Shown here in pieces: positions 12,012 through 27,344 of a DNA stretch of 64,000 bases; the stretch's first letter is position 1, and each line of letters begins with the position of its first letter. Made by a program: the position numbers and the translations under genes. Under the pieces are notes generated by a model. That model was not told the DNA's origin. It did not search any database and was given only the letters and a program-made list of their open reading frames with translations. Location: assembly GCF_009914755.1 (NCBI RefSeq), contig NC_060925.1; one strand, given 5' to 3'. Origin of the DNA: the human T2T-CHM13v2.0 reference genome, Homo sapiens.

Positions 12012-14061
12012 CCTACCAATTTAAAAGTACTGTAATTCCATTTTAAGGGTTCTAAACCATGAACCATGTTCATGGTTTAGGATTTTAGATATTTCTCATT
12101 TAAACTTAGGAGCGAACTCTGCATTAGGACATTTCTCCTTTCATTGTCCATAAGATAACTCACCAAATCCTTGCGCAAAGAGAAACAAATATAAACTACA
12201 TAAGAAATGACAGGTGAGCCTTACCAACGACCCTGACCCATGCATAACATCTTAGTATAGCATATATATATATAGTATATGATAGAAACATGCCGTGGGC
12301 TTTCATACCCTCTACAATAGTTCATTATAAGTTTCATCCCCCAAAGAAGGCAACTTACATACTTAAGTTTTTCTAAATAGAATCCAGGTGCTTTCACCAG
12401 TGATGCTCTCCAAGGGATCCCATCATAGTAATCAGTCTAGCCAGTGCCAACTTCAGTTCTACTAAATTTAATGCCCTCTTATTTTGACTCAGGAATAAAT
12501 TATCTCAATGGCTACTTACATGGTCCAGCATAGCAGAAAAAAAAGCCACACTGAGCAAGCAGTGGTCCTTTCCATGCTACACAAGCAAGAAATGCCTATA
12601 AAGACAGACTTGAGTGCAGTCTAAAGAATCTTTTGCTTTGCCTTAACACTCTACTTCTGGATATCCTTGCTCAAAAAGAAGTCTACTCAAGGTGTGTATC
12701 TTTCCTCTTTATAAGCCCTCTGGCCTCAGGAAGACTGGTTTCATTCATGTGGTCATGTTTTTGCACAGCTTAAGACTAAACTGTATGATCCTTCCTTCTG
12801 GGCTCCTACAAGGGCATGCCAAAGTCCCCTCAAATAACCAAAACGGTGCACATCCCCTTTGCGTCCCACAGCAGTCTGCTAGTTTATGTAATACCATAAT
12901 GACAGCTATCTGGAGTGGAACAGTGACACTGCTTTTTCCCAGACTACTTCACCATGTGAGGTAAACGGTAGAGGCAGCAATAGGTCTGCTCAGTCTATGG
13001 CTAATACAAGACCTTGCTTATGATAGACTTCAAGAGCTTCTTATTAGCCAGCTGTTAATTCATACAAACTGCACAGAAATTCATTCTGGAGCAATATTAT
13101 TTGTTTCACATTATACTTAACCTTGAAAAGGTTAGTTTTTCAATGGGGGATGATTATCCTGGATAGATGCATACCCCCTACAAACATGAAACTGGCAAGT
13201 TCACTAAAGATTTCTCAAGAGCCACCAAGCTAGCAAAAGTCGCAACCAAATAATATTATATACTCTGCCCTTCAGAGCAACCTTCTTCATGCTGAAGTCT
13301 TCAGTTCACAGAATGACTGACTTATTTTCAAAAGAGGAAGGCTGTATTGCATATTGTAACTCTCTCCAAATCTATACTTATGAGCTAATTCTTCAAAAGG
13401 TAAGATCAATTACCACACAGAAGGAGAAGCCATCCATTTTCTTGAAGCTGTCAAAATTTGAGCTGTCTCCCATAGGATTTCCACTGACAGTTAATGAAAA
13501 AAATCAGTATCTGTCAATTTTGGAAGAAATTTAAAAGTGGTAAGATATTCTTATAAATCGATGTTAAAATTTTGGTATAATTATTGTATATTTGGATTAC
13601 TTTATTTGCTTTCCTCCAAATCATTTCTTTACTAAATTTCCCTAAGTTAGCTTAATAATGAGGTTTTCTTAAGGAGAAATCTGTTGGTTATACACATAAA
13701 TTGCTAACAAAAAAGGGATCAGAGCTAAATGGATCCAATTTTTCCTCCTTCATATGCTACAATACAAGGCTACTGCAGAATTTACACCGTGAATAATGTG
13801 TATTTTGAAAACCCAAGCTTAGAATAGTAGTATTTTGTTTCACTATCAAAAGACAAAGCAAAAAAATAAAAAATAGGCTACACTAATGTACTTTTAAAAA
13901 TATACTTGGAAAAGAAACGAAACTATTTCATTTAATGCTGTCTTATAGAACAGAAATGCCAATATATTTACACAGAAATAATTCAGCATCTTGAAGTATA
14001 AGTAAAAACACTAATGAAGACCAAATTTTTAGAGTTATTTCATACAAATAGAATAAATTTA

Positions 14062-14349
14062 GGCGGGGCACAGTGGCTCACGCCTGTAATCCCAGCACTT
14101 TGGGAGGCTGTGGCAGGCAGATCATGAGGCCAGGAGTTCGAGACCAGCCTGGCCAACATGGTGAAACCCCAACTCTACTAAAAATACAAAAAAGTTAGCC
14201 AGGTGTGGTGGTATGAGCCTGTAATCTCAGATACTCAGGAGGCTGAGGCAGGAGAATCGCTTGAACCCAGGAGGCGGAGCTTGCAGTGAGCCGAGATCAC
14301 GCCACTGCCCTCCAGCCTGGGCAACAGAGTAAGACTCTGTCTCAAAAAA

Positions 14350-14392
<43 letters not shown>

Positions 14393-14393
14393 A
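14062..14393 (+). mobile_element. AluS with an (AAAT)n tail
   Basis: Full-length dimer; tail microsatellite at 14346-14393. Confidence 0.92.
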
Positions 14394-15512
14394 ATTTAAT
14401 AAAAAGAGACTACCCATTGTTTCCACTAGAATTGCTGCCAAGGGAAATATACCTTTTAAGGATCAAGGCTTAGAATTGCTTTTCGCTTATTAGAATAAAA
14501 TCTATCAGCAATCTGAAGAAATACATAAACAATCAGCAAATTCTAGTTAGATGGCTACAAACTAGGTAAATTACTAAAATGTGCCACATGAAGATAAAGT
14601 TAGTCTTGGTAAGAACAAAGGTTTCAAATAATTTTTGCTCTTAGATGTTTGCTGACAGATAAAATAGAGAACTTCATTTTCACCAAGTAACGCAAAGTAT
14701 AAAAAGGCATCGGTATAGTGCTGTGCTGCTTTTGTTAAAATGGTACAAGGAGGAAAAGAGAGTATCTTCTAAAGTCCTTGAATGGGAAAGCCGTAGTTTA
14801 TCACGTCGTATTATCACTTTCTATTTACACAGCATTTGTTTCTCCCACAGACAGGGAGGTTCCTGTGGACAGAAACATCTGCTTCCTGCTTATCCTGTAT
14901 CTCAGCATCTGAATGGTCATGACTGGAACACAGGCAGACTTCAGAAATAAATACATAAATATCTCATACTCCTCGAATCTTTTAGAAAAAGAGTGTGGGT
15001 AACAATAAACATATCTGCTGAGAAATGACCACCTCACTCTACTCTTCTGCAGACTTCCCATTCTGTGCCGAGTCACCCTCAGTAGGCCTAAGTGTGACGA
15101 TCCTCTCAGCACTCCCTGTAAACCTATTTAGGAATCCGCGAAAGAAAGAGAAGACCACCAGGCAGACTGGTGATGATATTTCTTGGGGAGGCTGTGCAGT
15201 TTTTCATAGTGAAGCCTACAACTTAGATTTTCAGCACTAATAGAACCCCATTATCAGGAGGAGAGAAAAGCACTAATTTCAGATGGGCTCTGACAGGGGA
15301 CAGTTTTAAGAATTTATAGAGAGACACTTCCGTGTCCAGCCAGGATGTAATCATGGAAATTGGATTTACCTTCCCATCCATGTGTAACACCAACATCCAG
15401 TGGTTTTTCATGATACTGAACAAAGGCAGCAATCACTGAGAGACTGGGAAATAAACAAAAGGACTGCCCCAATTTATTAAGAAAGCTTCCAGACCACAGT
15501 GAAGGTAGGTGG

Positions 15513-16165
15513 TGTGGAGTCCTGACAAGGTAAGTTAGCACCAACAAGGAAGAGGCCAGCCCCCGATGGGGGAGAACAATTGTTCTGAGAGACAGCTAAT
15601 CACAAACAACCTGCTTGTACAACATCCTGTTCCCAAATACCTTGCTCTGCATATACCCCAGCAGCACAATCCTCTCTGCACATAACCCCTCCAGCATGGC
15701 CCTAGAAAACTTCCTTTCAGCCCCTGCCTCTTGGCAGACAGCCTCTTCTCTGCTGTGCCGGCCATTGCTTCCCGCTAATAAACTTGTTCTCGTTTTTGTT
15801 GTTGTTGTTTTGAGATGAAGTTTCACTCTGTCGCCAGGCTGGAGTGCTGTGGTGTGATCTCGGCTCACTGCAACCTCTGCCTACCAGGTTCAAGCAAATC
15901 TTGTGCCTCCGTTTCCCGAGGAGCTTGGGATTACAGGCGCCTGCCACCACGCCCGGCTCATTTTTGTATTTTTAGTAGAGACGGGGTTTCACCATGTTGG
16001 CCAGGCTGGTCTCGATCTCTTGACCTCGTGATCTGCCCACCTCGGCCTCCCAAAGTACTAGGATTACGCCTCCGCACCCGGCCTAAACTTGGTTTTAACT
16101 CGCACCTGTTTCAGTAAATTATTTACTTCCCGTGAAGCCAGCCTTAGCCAGTCACGCTCACAACA
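15513..16165 (+). mobile_element. Solo ERVL-type LTR (LTR42-like, tentative), split by an AluSc
   Basis: Starts TGTGGAGTCCTGACAAG..GGGGAGAACAATTGTTCTGAGAGACAGCTAATCACAAACAACC. AATAAA near 15777. Ends ..cacaaca. Confidence 0.6.
15793..16083 (-). mobile_element. AluSc
   Basis: Sc diagnostics GGTCAAGAGATCGAGACC and CCTGGCGACAG. TSD taaacttg(t/g)t. Confidence 0.9.
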
Positions 16166-16174
16166 AGTAGAAGC

Positions 16175-16735
16175 CAGGCGGAGCCTGAAGGAGGCCCTGA
16201 GTTAAGGTGACAAAGTTGAGAGTATAGGGAGACCAAAAAAGGCTAGAGTTTACAGGACAGAATACCAGAGAGGAAAGAAGTGTACAGGGAGAGAAATCAA
16301 CAAATCTGCAGAAGGTCAGCCTTAAATATTCCACGGAGTACTAATCAGCCCATGCACATGAACATACTGCCTGAAGCTGGGACAGGACCAGCTGAAAGAG
16401 TTAGAGGTAACAGTAGCAGGTGCTCAAATAAGACCACGAATAGTGCCTGCTCCCATCAACCAGAGTAGAAAACCTCAAGGTTCAAGGGGTATTGAATAGA
16501 AGACCCAAAGAGCCTTGCCTCAGTGACTTGCCCTACACTAAATACTGCTCTGGTCCCACCTAAGAAAGATTAAAAGCAAGACCCCTTCCCCTACACACAC
16601 TAAATAAAACTGTTTCCAAATAACTTCACTGTGTTACAGGGGGAAAAAAAGCTCAAGAATAATTTGAGGGATACAAAAATAGCTAGTACCCAAAAAGATA
16701 AAATAACAACATCTGGCATTCAGTCAAAAGTCGCA
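16175..16735 (+). mobile_element. Old L1 (L1M/L1MD-type) 5'-region fragment
   Basis: A-rich, with aaagctcaagaataattt..aaaataacaacatctggcattcagtcaaaa typical of L1M 5' UTR/ORF1-proximal sequence. Confidence 0.5.
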
Positions 16736-17010
16736 GCTTCAAGAGGACAAATACACGTGCAGGGAAAAAGCAGCATGGTTTCACTGGACGGCAGTGCATT
16801 TTCACTGGACAGTTGTCCCCAGTGTCATAGATGAGGTCACTGATGACAGAAAAGAAAAACATTTCTTGAAGAAATCAGACATATTACTTTTATACAACTA
16901 GTGCTCATCAAATAACAACTACCATACAGAGAGAGAATGAGATGACTAGCACTGGAAAGAGATAATAGATGAGCCACTGAGTACTTTCAATAAGAATTAA
17001 TTGTAATCAT

Positions 17011-17337
<327 letters not shown>

Positions 17338-17353
17338 TCAAGCACCCTGAGAT

Positions 17354-17355
<2 letters not shown>

Positions 17356-17393
<38 letters not shown>
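17356..17393. repeat. (CA)n microsatellite
   Basis: Directly visible. Confidence 0.95.
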
Positions 17394-17395
<2 letters not shown>

Positions 17396-18833
17396 TCTGC
17401 TAAATACTGTACCATGCTATAAATCCTAACCAGTAGAGTACAGCTAACACTTCACTTCTCACTTTGTAAATCACATTGAGGAGGTTTCTTTCACAGCTTA
17501 TCTTATGAAATGGGGCTGAAACAAGTCAATAGATTAAATTTATCAAAATATAAAACACACATAATGGATTTGGAACAGAACTGCAGCTGTATCTTCACTG
17601 GCTCTCCTGCAGAGGAAGATACCATATAACTCAATGACTCCTTCTTTTAACTTGTAAGTCAGTGAAAAGAGGCACTAGTTTCCTGTTAACCACTAAACCT
17701 TGTCCATTATCTTAAACATAGAATACATCAAAACACCTGATAGGTTTTCAGTGAGAAGCCCTCAGCTATGCTATCTTACTGTCCTGAATCACAGGAAAAG
17801 AAATATAGAATATTAATGAGAAATAGAACAGCTTTCATACATAGCACATATAACTAGTTAGCCAGGCCCATCAACATGACTTGGCCATCATTTACAGAAA
17901 AATAGTATTGCTTTAATTAATTACCACATTTTCAAAGGTTAAGGGCATGAAACCAATCAGTCAGCTTAAACCTTGTTCCTTTCAACAAACGGGAAAATTT
18001 TCACAGGCAATACTTTAAAAATAAAACAAAAAAATTAGACTGCTAACTGACTCCAAAACCAAAATTCAGTCAAAAGGCATTAACTCCCCTGAATTTTAAC
18101 AAGAAATGAAATGGTTTTCCTTAAAAACTCTTACTCCAGTGGATAAATTATAAATATTAGAATGAACTGCAAAAACCCACTAGAGCATCTGCTTTTCTAT
18201 AAACACATAGAATGTCTACTGGAAAACAAGCCCCACTGAAAGCTGTACTGAATTACAAATAATCCACTCTACACTTGCTTGTCAGATCTTAGAACAAAAC
18301 ACACAAATATATCCACTTCGCAGTATCTGTATAAATGGACAAGTAGAAATCCGAATCATGTTATCTGAAAATGTTTTGCAATCATTTTTAGAATTTAATA
18401 AATAAAAGATAGGACTTTCCACTTTCATTTCCTTGTAGTGTATTTACATTGCACAGCACCTTCCGTTAGAAGGAACCAACACAGATGTGGGCTTTCTAGT
18501 TGGTTTCTCTGCTGCCCCCTTCTGCTTCAACAAAACACAGTAGGCAGGCAACCCAGATGCCAAAAATACCTCTCGAAGCCAGGTTTCGCATTATAAACAA
18601 ATCCAGGATGACTGATTATCTCATTTTTTAAAAGCATTTTCATATTACAATTGAAATTATTTCACGTGCTTTCTGAAATCTGATCCAGGTGTCTGGTTAT
18701 ACAAACTCAGTAATGACAAGGTAAGGTTTCCCTCCCACTCCTGACCCCAGTGCTCGCTCTTGCGCACTCTCTCTCTCTCCCTTCAACTTAGAAACCCACT
18801 ATGTCATGCAGGCAGCCAGAAACTTCAAGAACC

Positions 18834-18928
18834 TTTTTTATTTCAAGTTCCGGGGTACATGTGCAGGATGTGCAGGTTTGTTACGTAGGTAAACGTGTGC
18901 CATGGTGGTTTGCTGTGCCTATCAACCC
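18834..18928 (-). mobile_element. Severely 5'-truncated L1PA (about 95 bp) with TSD
   Basis: ggtacatgtgcaggatgtgcaggtttgttacgtaggtaaacgtgtgccatggtggtttgctg is the L1PA 3' terminus. Flanked by aagaa(c/t)ctttt. Confidence 0.85.
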
Positions 18929-19829
18929 AAGAATCTTTTATAGTAAAAACATAACTACTTTAAAAACTTGGTTCTTTCATTTCCGAAAAACAGTAGAATA
19001 ACATTATTTCTTTGCATTGGTCAAATTACATATTCTTTCTGTGACAGAATTTCTTTCTGCTAGGAACTTAAGAGATAATAGTTACAATATCACGATCATC
19101 ACACATAGTACAAACAGTATAGGTCCTAGGAGGCAAAGACCAATAACTGTGTAATGCTGATAATGAACTTTTAAAGGTAAGGGACTACACAAACAATAGT
19201 GATTCCGAAAATGCTCAGAATATATACTGAGCAAAATTCTCTGCAACGAGGTATATAAACCTGAAGTGCTAAAAAATTTCACAAATAATTATTTTAAATA
19301 CACACTAAAGGATAAATTTAAGGTAAAAACAGTAGCTGACTTTTAGTTTATTTTTCCAGAACTCAAATGTCAGGCCAAAAAAGTCAAAGCAGAAAACATC
19401 ATAAATGATACCTTTAAGGTTATTCAAAGCGTGGGAAATATTTTTAAAGCAGGTGAGATTTTTCCAAGCAGAAAGTGCACCAAATACTGAAATCACGGAA
19501 GACAGAACTCAACTCCATTCCTCACCTCAAATGCACCGAAGACCCTTAGAGACACCCTAGAAGCCTCCATTAAATCCCATCAGGAAGTTGCATGTGCAGG
19601 TATTATGTGCAATATGGTGCACCTGCACCCCAATGATCCAAATGCCTCAAGCTAGAACCATCACTGACGCTTACTCAAGAATGTCAGCGATGGGAAACAT
19701 TAAACGCACAAACTGTGGCGTGTTCGTTTCTGCTGGTTTCATACCCTTTCCAACAAATCCTCCATCCTCTGCCAGGGAAATCTTTGTAAATCAACATCTG
19801 ATGAGACACCTCCAGGTGATGGAAAATGC

Positions 19830-20860
<1,031 letters not shown>

Positions 20861-20991
20861 TAAAACACTCACTCTTGAACAACTCTCTATCACCTACCAG
20901 AAGTTCTAAGCCCTGCTGCCTCGCCAGTTTCATCTCCTGCCATGTACGACATACACTATTTTTCTTAAGAATTCTATTCTCTATGTCTCTA

Positions 20992-21469
20992 TGTAGGAGA
21001 GGAAAATGTTTCTTTTCTTACCCATCAGTTCGTGGCTGAGATCCCTATAACAAAAGACAGATTGACAAGAGAAAAGCATATAAATTTATTTTAATGTAGG
21101 TTTTAAGTGACCCAGGAGCCTTCAGAAATGAAGACCCAAAGAAGCAGGGAAATTGGTCTATTTTTATGCTTAGGTCTGACGAAGACCAGAGAGTTATGGG
21201 GAAGTGTGATTGGACAATGGGAATATGATCTAATGGTAATAAATTGGGGAAAACTTAGCAACGCCTGTTTGTTCACATTCTTCTTGGTATCTCTCTGTCT
21301 TTGAGGATAAGGATGGTCTCTTCTCCAGGTATAGAGAGTATGCCTCTGGAATGAAGGATTTATAACTTGCTTCAGGAGATAAGGATGAGTAGAAGATAAG
21401 AGCGACCTTCTTGCTTCTGCTGTTTGTTCTAATGCCATATTTTGGGGTAGCATGTCCGGAACCCCATCA
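20992..21469 (-). mobile_element. Solo ERV1 LTR (MER34/LTR48 group, tentative)
   Basis: The minus strand starts TGATGGGGTTCCGGACATGCTACCCCAAAATATGGCA. AATAAA at 21085-21090 (-). Termini are TG..CA. Confidence 0.7.
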
Positions 21470-21499
21470 CTTATCATGCTCCAAATTTTCATAGATGAG

Positions 21500-22085
21500 G
21501 GGTTTCACTGCCTGAAACCAGACCTTAATCCACCCTCTAATGACCTACTAAATTCCTAGTCCCCCTTCCTAAACTCAAGGGTCGCTTCCCGTATAGTTTT
21601 TGCTGGGCCTCTCTTCTCCGGCCCTACTGAGGCTCTCCTCTTCAGTCTTTCTCCTCCTTCCACAGCATCCCATTCACAGTTTCTACTTGTTGGATTCCTA
21701 AACATCTGTATATGTCTTCTACAAATCAATGGGCTCTTGAGTTCAGGGAGTATGTTGTGTCCAGTTCTGTATCTTCAGCACTTGGCATAATGCGTGGCTC
21801 ATAATGACATTGGCTAGATGGCCAATATTTTGATTTATAAATTATGGGTCACAGGCCAGCCAAACTTGAATGTGATTTATTCTGTGAAATCATCTCCAAC
21901 CCAACCATCCCTCCTGTGTGTTTCCAGACACTCTGAATGTATTTGGGGTTAGTTATGTACACATCTGTCTTCCCTGCTAGGCTGTGAGATCCAGAAGGGC
22001 AGGGAGCACCTATCACACAAGCTGGTACCCCCACCTCTAAGCACTGTGCCTGGCTTACACCACCTGCTCAATCAGTATTTTCTCA
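21500..22085 (+). mobile_element. L2 fragments
   Basis: tgtctccctgctaggctgtgagatccagaagggcaggga..gcactgtgcctggc is an L2 3'-end motif. Confidence 0.55.
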
Positions 22086-22835
22086 GTGTTGACAAAAATG
22101 ACTACATGAAGGATGGCTTTCTTTAATCTCATGTTCATTCCACGTTGCTACAGTGGCGATACAAAAACGAATAAAACACATTTCTTGCTTTGAGAAGGAT
22201 ACAGTCTAAGAATATTAGAAAACATGAATACAGCTTTTAAGACAGAACATCATGTTGTGTCTGCAATCTCTAGCCCCTAATATGTACTAAACTTTAAATA
22301 TTTTGTGATATAAAGACAAAACAAAAGTAATATTTTACTAGGACATTATCCTAATACATAATTTCTCTTGCTCTATGAGTATTTTTTTAAGCCACCCAGT
22401 AAATGTGTAGCAACAAAGAACCATTTGGAAGTTATTCCCTGTCTTGCAGACTGAGTCAGATCATGGCTAACTGATGGTTGGTCCTCTCTCATGTTTCTTG
22501 TTTTGTCTTGTGTTTAGGGTTATTTCTTTTTCTTTGCTTTTCACCATTACTATGAATTTTGAAATTCCTTCCATTTTGCAAAAAAAAAAAAAAAAAGCTT
22601 TCCTAATTATTGTTCATTATAACTGTAATCTTTTAAAAATGAAAGAGTCCAAAATTCATCTAAATGTCTGTTAAAATGAACAGAAGTTGACTTAAGATAC
22701 AGTGTAGTTTTTAGTCTACATATTTAATTTTCAGTGTATTCCCAGAGAAATAGCAGTGTTGATTATCTCTCTTTCATGTCCTAAAATTAATAGCAGCTCA
22801 TACTGAACCCGTCTAATGGAAGGATAAAGACTTAC

Positions 22836-22902
22836 CCTCCAGGCCAGTAACTACAAAATGACTGTTGCAGGAAGTAGGAAGAACATATGCTGGAAACTGG
22901 TT
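22836..22902 (-). other. Candidate 67-nt cassette exon
   Basis: Acceptor cactgattactcattttag|AAC and donor AGG|gtaagt. Phase 0 is open (NQFPAYVLPTSCNSHFVVTGLE). Could be a pseudo-exon. Confidence 0.3.
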
Positions 22903-23270
22903 CTAAAATGAGTAATCAGTGATGTCATTATAGGGAAAAGAGTGCAGCGTTAATGACAGAAACCGGGCATATCATCTGTGACAAGAGCATCACAATATAG
23001 CAAAGCGATTACTACAGAGTTCTAATCAAATAAAATATCACAAGATAATTAAACTTTCCATGTTCAGAATGAAACTTCAGTTAATACAACACCTACATCC
23101 TCTGGAGTGGTATTCAAAAATAGTTCAATTTTAAAGGAAAAACTCTCATTCTCCAAAATTTCAAATATAAATATCCCTTGCAGAATGAACAGGAAGAAAA
23201 GACTAATTAAAAAAAAAAAGAATCTCCAATATTCTTTGGAGATAAGTAGACACACTTATAAAGAATGCAG

Positions 23271-23565
23271 GGCCAGGAAAGGTAGCTCATGCCTGTAATC
23301 CCAGCACTTTGGGAGGCAGAGGCAGGAGAATCTCTTGAGGCCAGGAGTTTGAGACTAGCCTGAGCAACATGGCAAGATCCCATCTCTACAAAAAAATTTA
23401 AAAAATTAGCCAGCAATGGTGATGCACACTTGTAGTCCCAGCTACTCAGGAGGCGGGGGCAGGAGGATCACCTGAGCCCAGGTGTTTGAGGCTGCAGTGT
23501 GCCAAGAGCCAAGGTCGCACCACTGCACTCCAGCCTAAGCAACAAAGAGAGTGCTGTTTCTCAAA
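23271..23565 (+). mobile_element. AluJ
   Basis: Dimeric Alu with ggaggatcacctgagcccagg..gaggctgcagtg. Confidence 0.9.
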
Positions 23566-24361
23566 CACAGAGTCACACACCCTTATGAAGGTGTATTCGT
23601 ATATGACAGAACTAAGAATTCTGAAAACTACTACTTGCTACCATATGGCAAATTACCAAGGCTCCGAACATCTGTCATGTATTTCAAAAATGATTCACTA
23701 AATATTAATCCCATTACATGCTAATGAAATATCCCTAGTTGCCAAGTAATTTTCAAAAATGCACCAACTAATTAAAGACCAAATCACATATTTGACTAAA
23801 GGACACGTTTCATTTAACTCTTAGCTGGACACTTTCATTGAACTCTGGATTGCCCAGTAACCAAATGTAAGATGACATTGTGTATGGTGACCAGGCCGAA
23901 CTCAGCTGATGTCCTAACCAAGGACACCAAACAAACATGCCCCTGCTCTCCGGGACTAATTTCACATCTGCACTGAAAAACACAATGAAGGGCGTAGCCA
24001 TGATTAACTTCAGGCCAATCAAATGGCTCCCAAAAGAGGCCAATTTTAAATCTATGGATCACAGAACTTCTTCATAGGAAGTTTCTGTCAAGGGAAAACA
24101 TACTTTGAGTTTTTTGATTTTACTTTGATTTCCGTGAAACACTCTCTATAATACCTTATAGAGCTAAAGAGAAAAATTAAGAGGAGATAACAGACTGTCC
24201 TTTACAATGTACTATCCTCTTTTACCCTGTTCTCTCACTGAAAATTGAATAACAATTACAAAGTTCAAAATCACAGATATCTGACATTTGGAAGTGCCAG
24301 AACACCTTTCAAAAAATGAGCTGAATATGTTCAAAGCAATCCAAAATTAAAGAGAACTTCA

Positions 24362-24786
<425 letters not shown>

Positions 24787-25339
24787 CTAATGGTGGCAGT
24801 CCTTGGGTTCCATCTTTTTATTTTTGTCCCTAATAAAATTGAAGCTATTAAAATTGTATTACATGCTTGTATTGTTTTACATAAGGTAGTATGCTAAGTC
24901 CAAAATGCCTAATTAAAACATTACAAAGGGATGCATACTGTCCATTTTTCTTGTGTTTTTTTTCCCCTGAGAAATGCACAATTTTACATAGGAACCGTTA
25001 ACGAAATGGCAACCCTAGCACCCAAAGATGGGACTAGTCCTGCATCTGCTGCCATCAGCCTTTCTTCCTATCAACGCCTCTTACAAGTCATGTCTGTCAT
25101 CCTTGTCACTATGTCTATAGCTACGAATATACCACATTTTCTTTATTTTAAAATCTCTCCATTTAAGATCCTTTCCACAAAAGATGTTGTCTTCGTATTT
25201 ACCTCACTGCCAATGCTTAAACCATATTTTGTGTATAACAAAGTCAATAAGTGTTGAATTAATGATGAATTATCCTATCACTATTATTGCAAAAGCAACT
25301 GTTTTAATAAGTGATAAACACTCTCTTTAAAAAGTACCT

Positions 25340-25520
25340 TTAGCCTGTGTTCTAGTCTCAGTATTGTCACTAATTGGCTGTGGATTTAAGGCAAGTCACT
25401 TAACCTCTCTAGTTTGTTTCCCAGTCTGTAAAATGTGGAGTTGGCCAAAGTGACTATTTAAAAAGTTCCAAATGAATGAATGAATGAATAAAAAAAGAAA
25501 GAAAGAAAGAAAGAAAAGTT
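25340..25520 (+). mobile_element. MIR fragment followed by (GAAT)n/(AAAG)n
   Basis: ggcaagtcacttaacctctct..gtttcccagtctgtaaaatg is the MIR core. Confidence 0.7.
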
Positions 25521-25915
25521 ACTTCCAGCAATAAAGACTACAGCTGTACGAGTTTTTTTTAAGGTTTTATCAACCAAATCACTAAGTCTTTGAAGGTAAT
25601 TAAATTGCATAAAATCCAAAGATGCTGTCCACAAAGAAGGCGAGGTTTGAATAGAGCCAACTTCCTAACATGTACCCATCACCTATTAGGTGCAAAACAC
25701 TGAGCTAGTCAATGTAAGTGCAAAAAAATGCCTAAGACTGTCCCTCAGTTTTCCAACCTAATGAGATAGATGAATGAGTAAAAGAGTGACTACAATAAAA
25801 GGCAGATGACATAAGGCCGGAGAGGGACACAAGCAGCATAATTTAAGACAGAAAATAACCAGGTGTGATGGCTTCAGCTAGAATATATCTTGGTTGAGAA
25901 TGTATCTGATGATCA

Positions 25916-26269
<354 letters not shown>

Positions 26270-27344
26270 TTATGATGTCTCAATGATTACGGAACTTTAC
26301 TACATTGGTAAAGATGTTGATGGCAGCATATTTAACACTGTGAATAGTCTTCCTTAGTACTTCATATATTGAAGTTGAATCTGCATCCCATACCCTTCAC
26401 AAACCCCTGCATAATGAATACTATTTAAGTCATCAGAATATAACTTTCATCATGTTAATTTTATCTGAAGAATATGCACTGGCTCTTTATTGCCTGTTAT
26501 GCCACATTCAAATTCCTCAGACAAAATCCCACTGTACCTATGTGGTAAATGGGGTAACCATACTATGTATGACAAGTTTCTATGACAAAGAAACTTGAGA
26601 TTTCTAGAAACCAGGTCTTTCAGATACCTCTTCACTTTGATATAGATAAACTAAAGAGGAATAAACAAATAAAATTTAAAATTTTTAGCTATTTAATATT
26701 TTAAAAGTAATCTACTGAGTATAGAACAGTTTTTAAAGTTCAGCTGAGGACCACGATTTATGAGCTCGAAGGAAAGACATACTTCGATGGAGTGGTAACA
26801 TATAATAAAAGACCCTTTGGTAAAGCTAAGAGGAATAAAAGAAAGAATGGCAATGGCAAAAACAAGAGGGATGTGATGACGATCAGAAGTGGTGAGAGGG
26901 ATCCTGAATAACAGACAAATATGGGCAATATGGCTATGAACCTTAGATAACGACAGAGAGGAAAACAGCCAATCAAGCAATCAGTCCATCAATGAAACAT
27001 CACCACCAAGAAAACATAATTTGTAATTCGAGTAGCAGTAAAAAGGAGTGGCAACTACCTATCCACTGTATCCATTTTATACACAACAAACTTTGAGGAA
27101 TCTATAAGATGTATTGGAAGGAAGAGACTAGAGGGTTAGAAACCATCGGAACAGCATTTCAGTATCCCCAGAAGCTATCAGCCAGCCATCTGGAAAGTGC
27201 TTCAAGCAGAATAATTCCAGAGCACTAAGAAGCATTACTTACACACAGCGCAGTGCCGTGCCAAGCTAAATCATGGAGCAACACAGCACTGCAGCTTGGA
27301 CAGGATCCCCATCTGGGCATGAGCACTGCAAAGGAGCTTTAGAT

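Noticed and set aside
11607-12046. Three overlapping ORFs
   Set aside because: Inside the LTR18 solo LTR.
21103-21492. 129-aa ORF
   Set aside because: Inside a solo ERV1 LTR.
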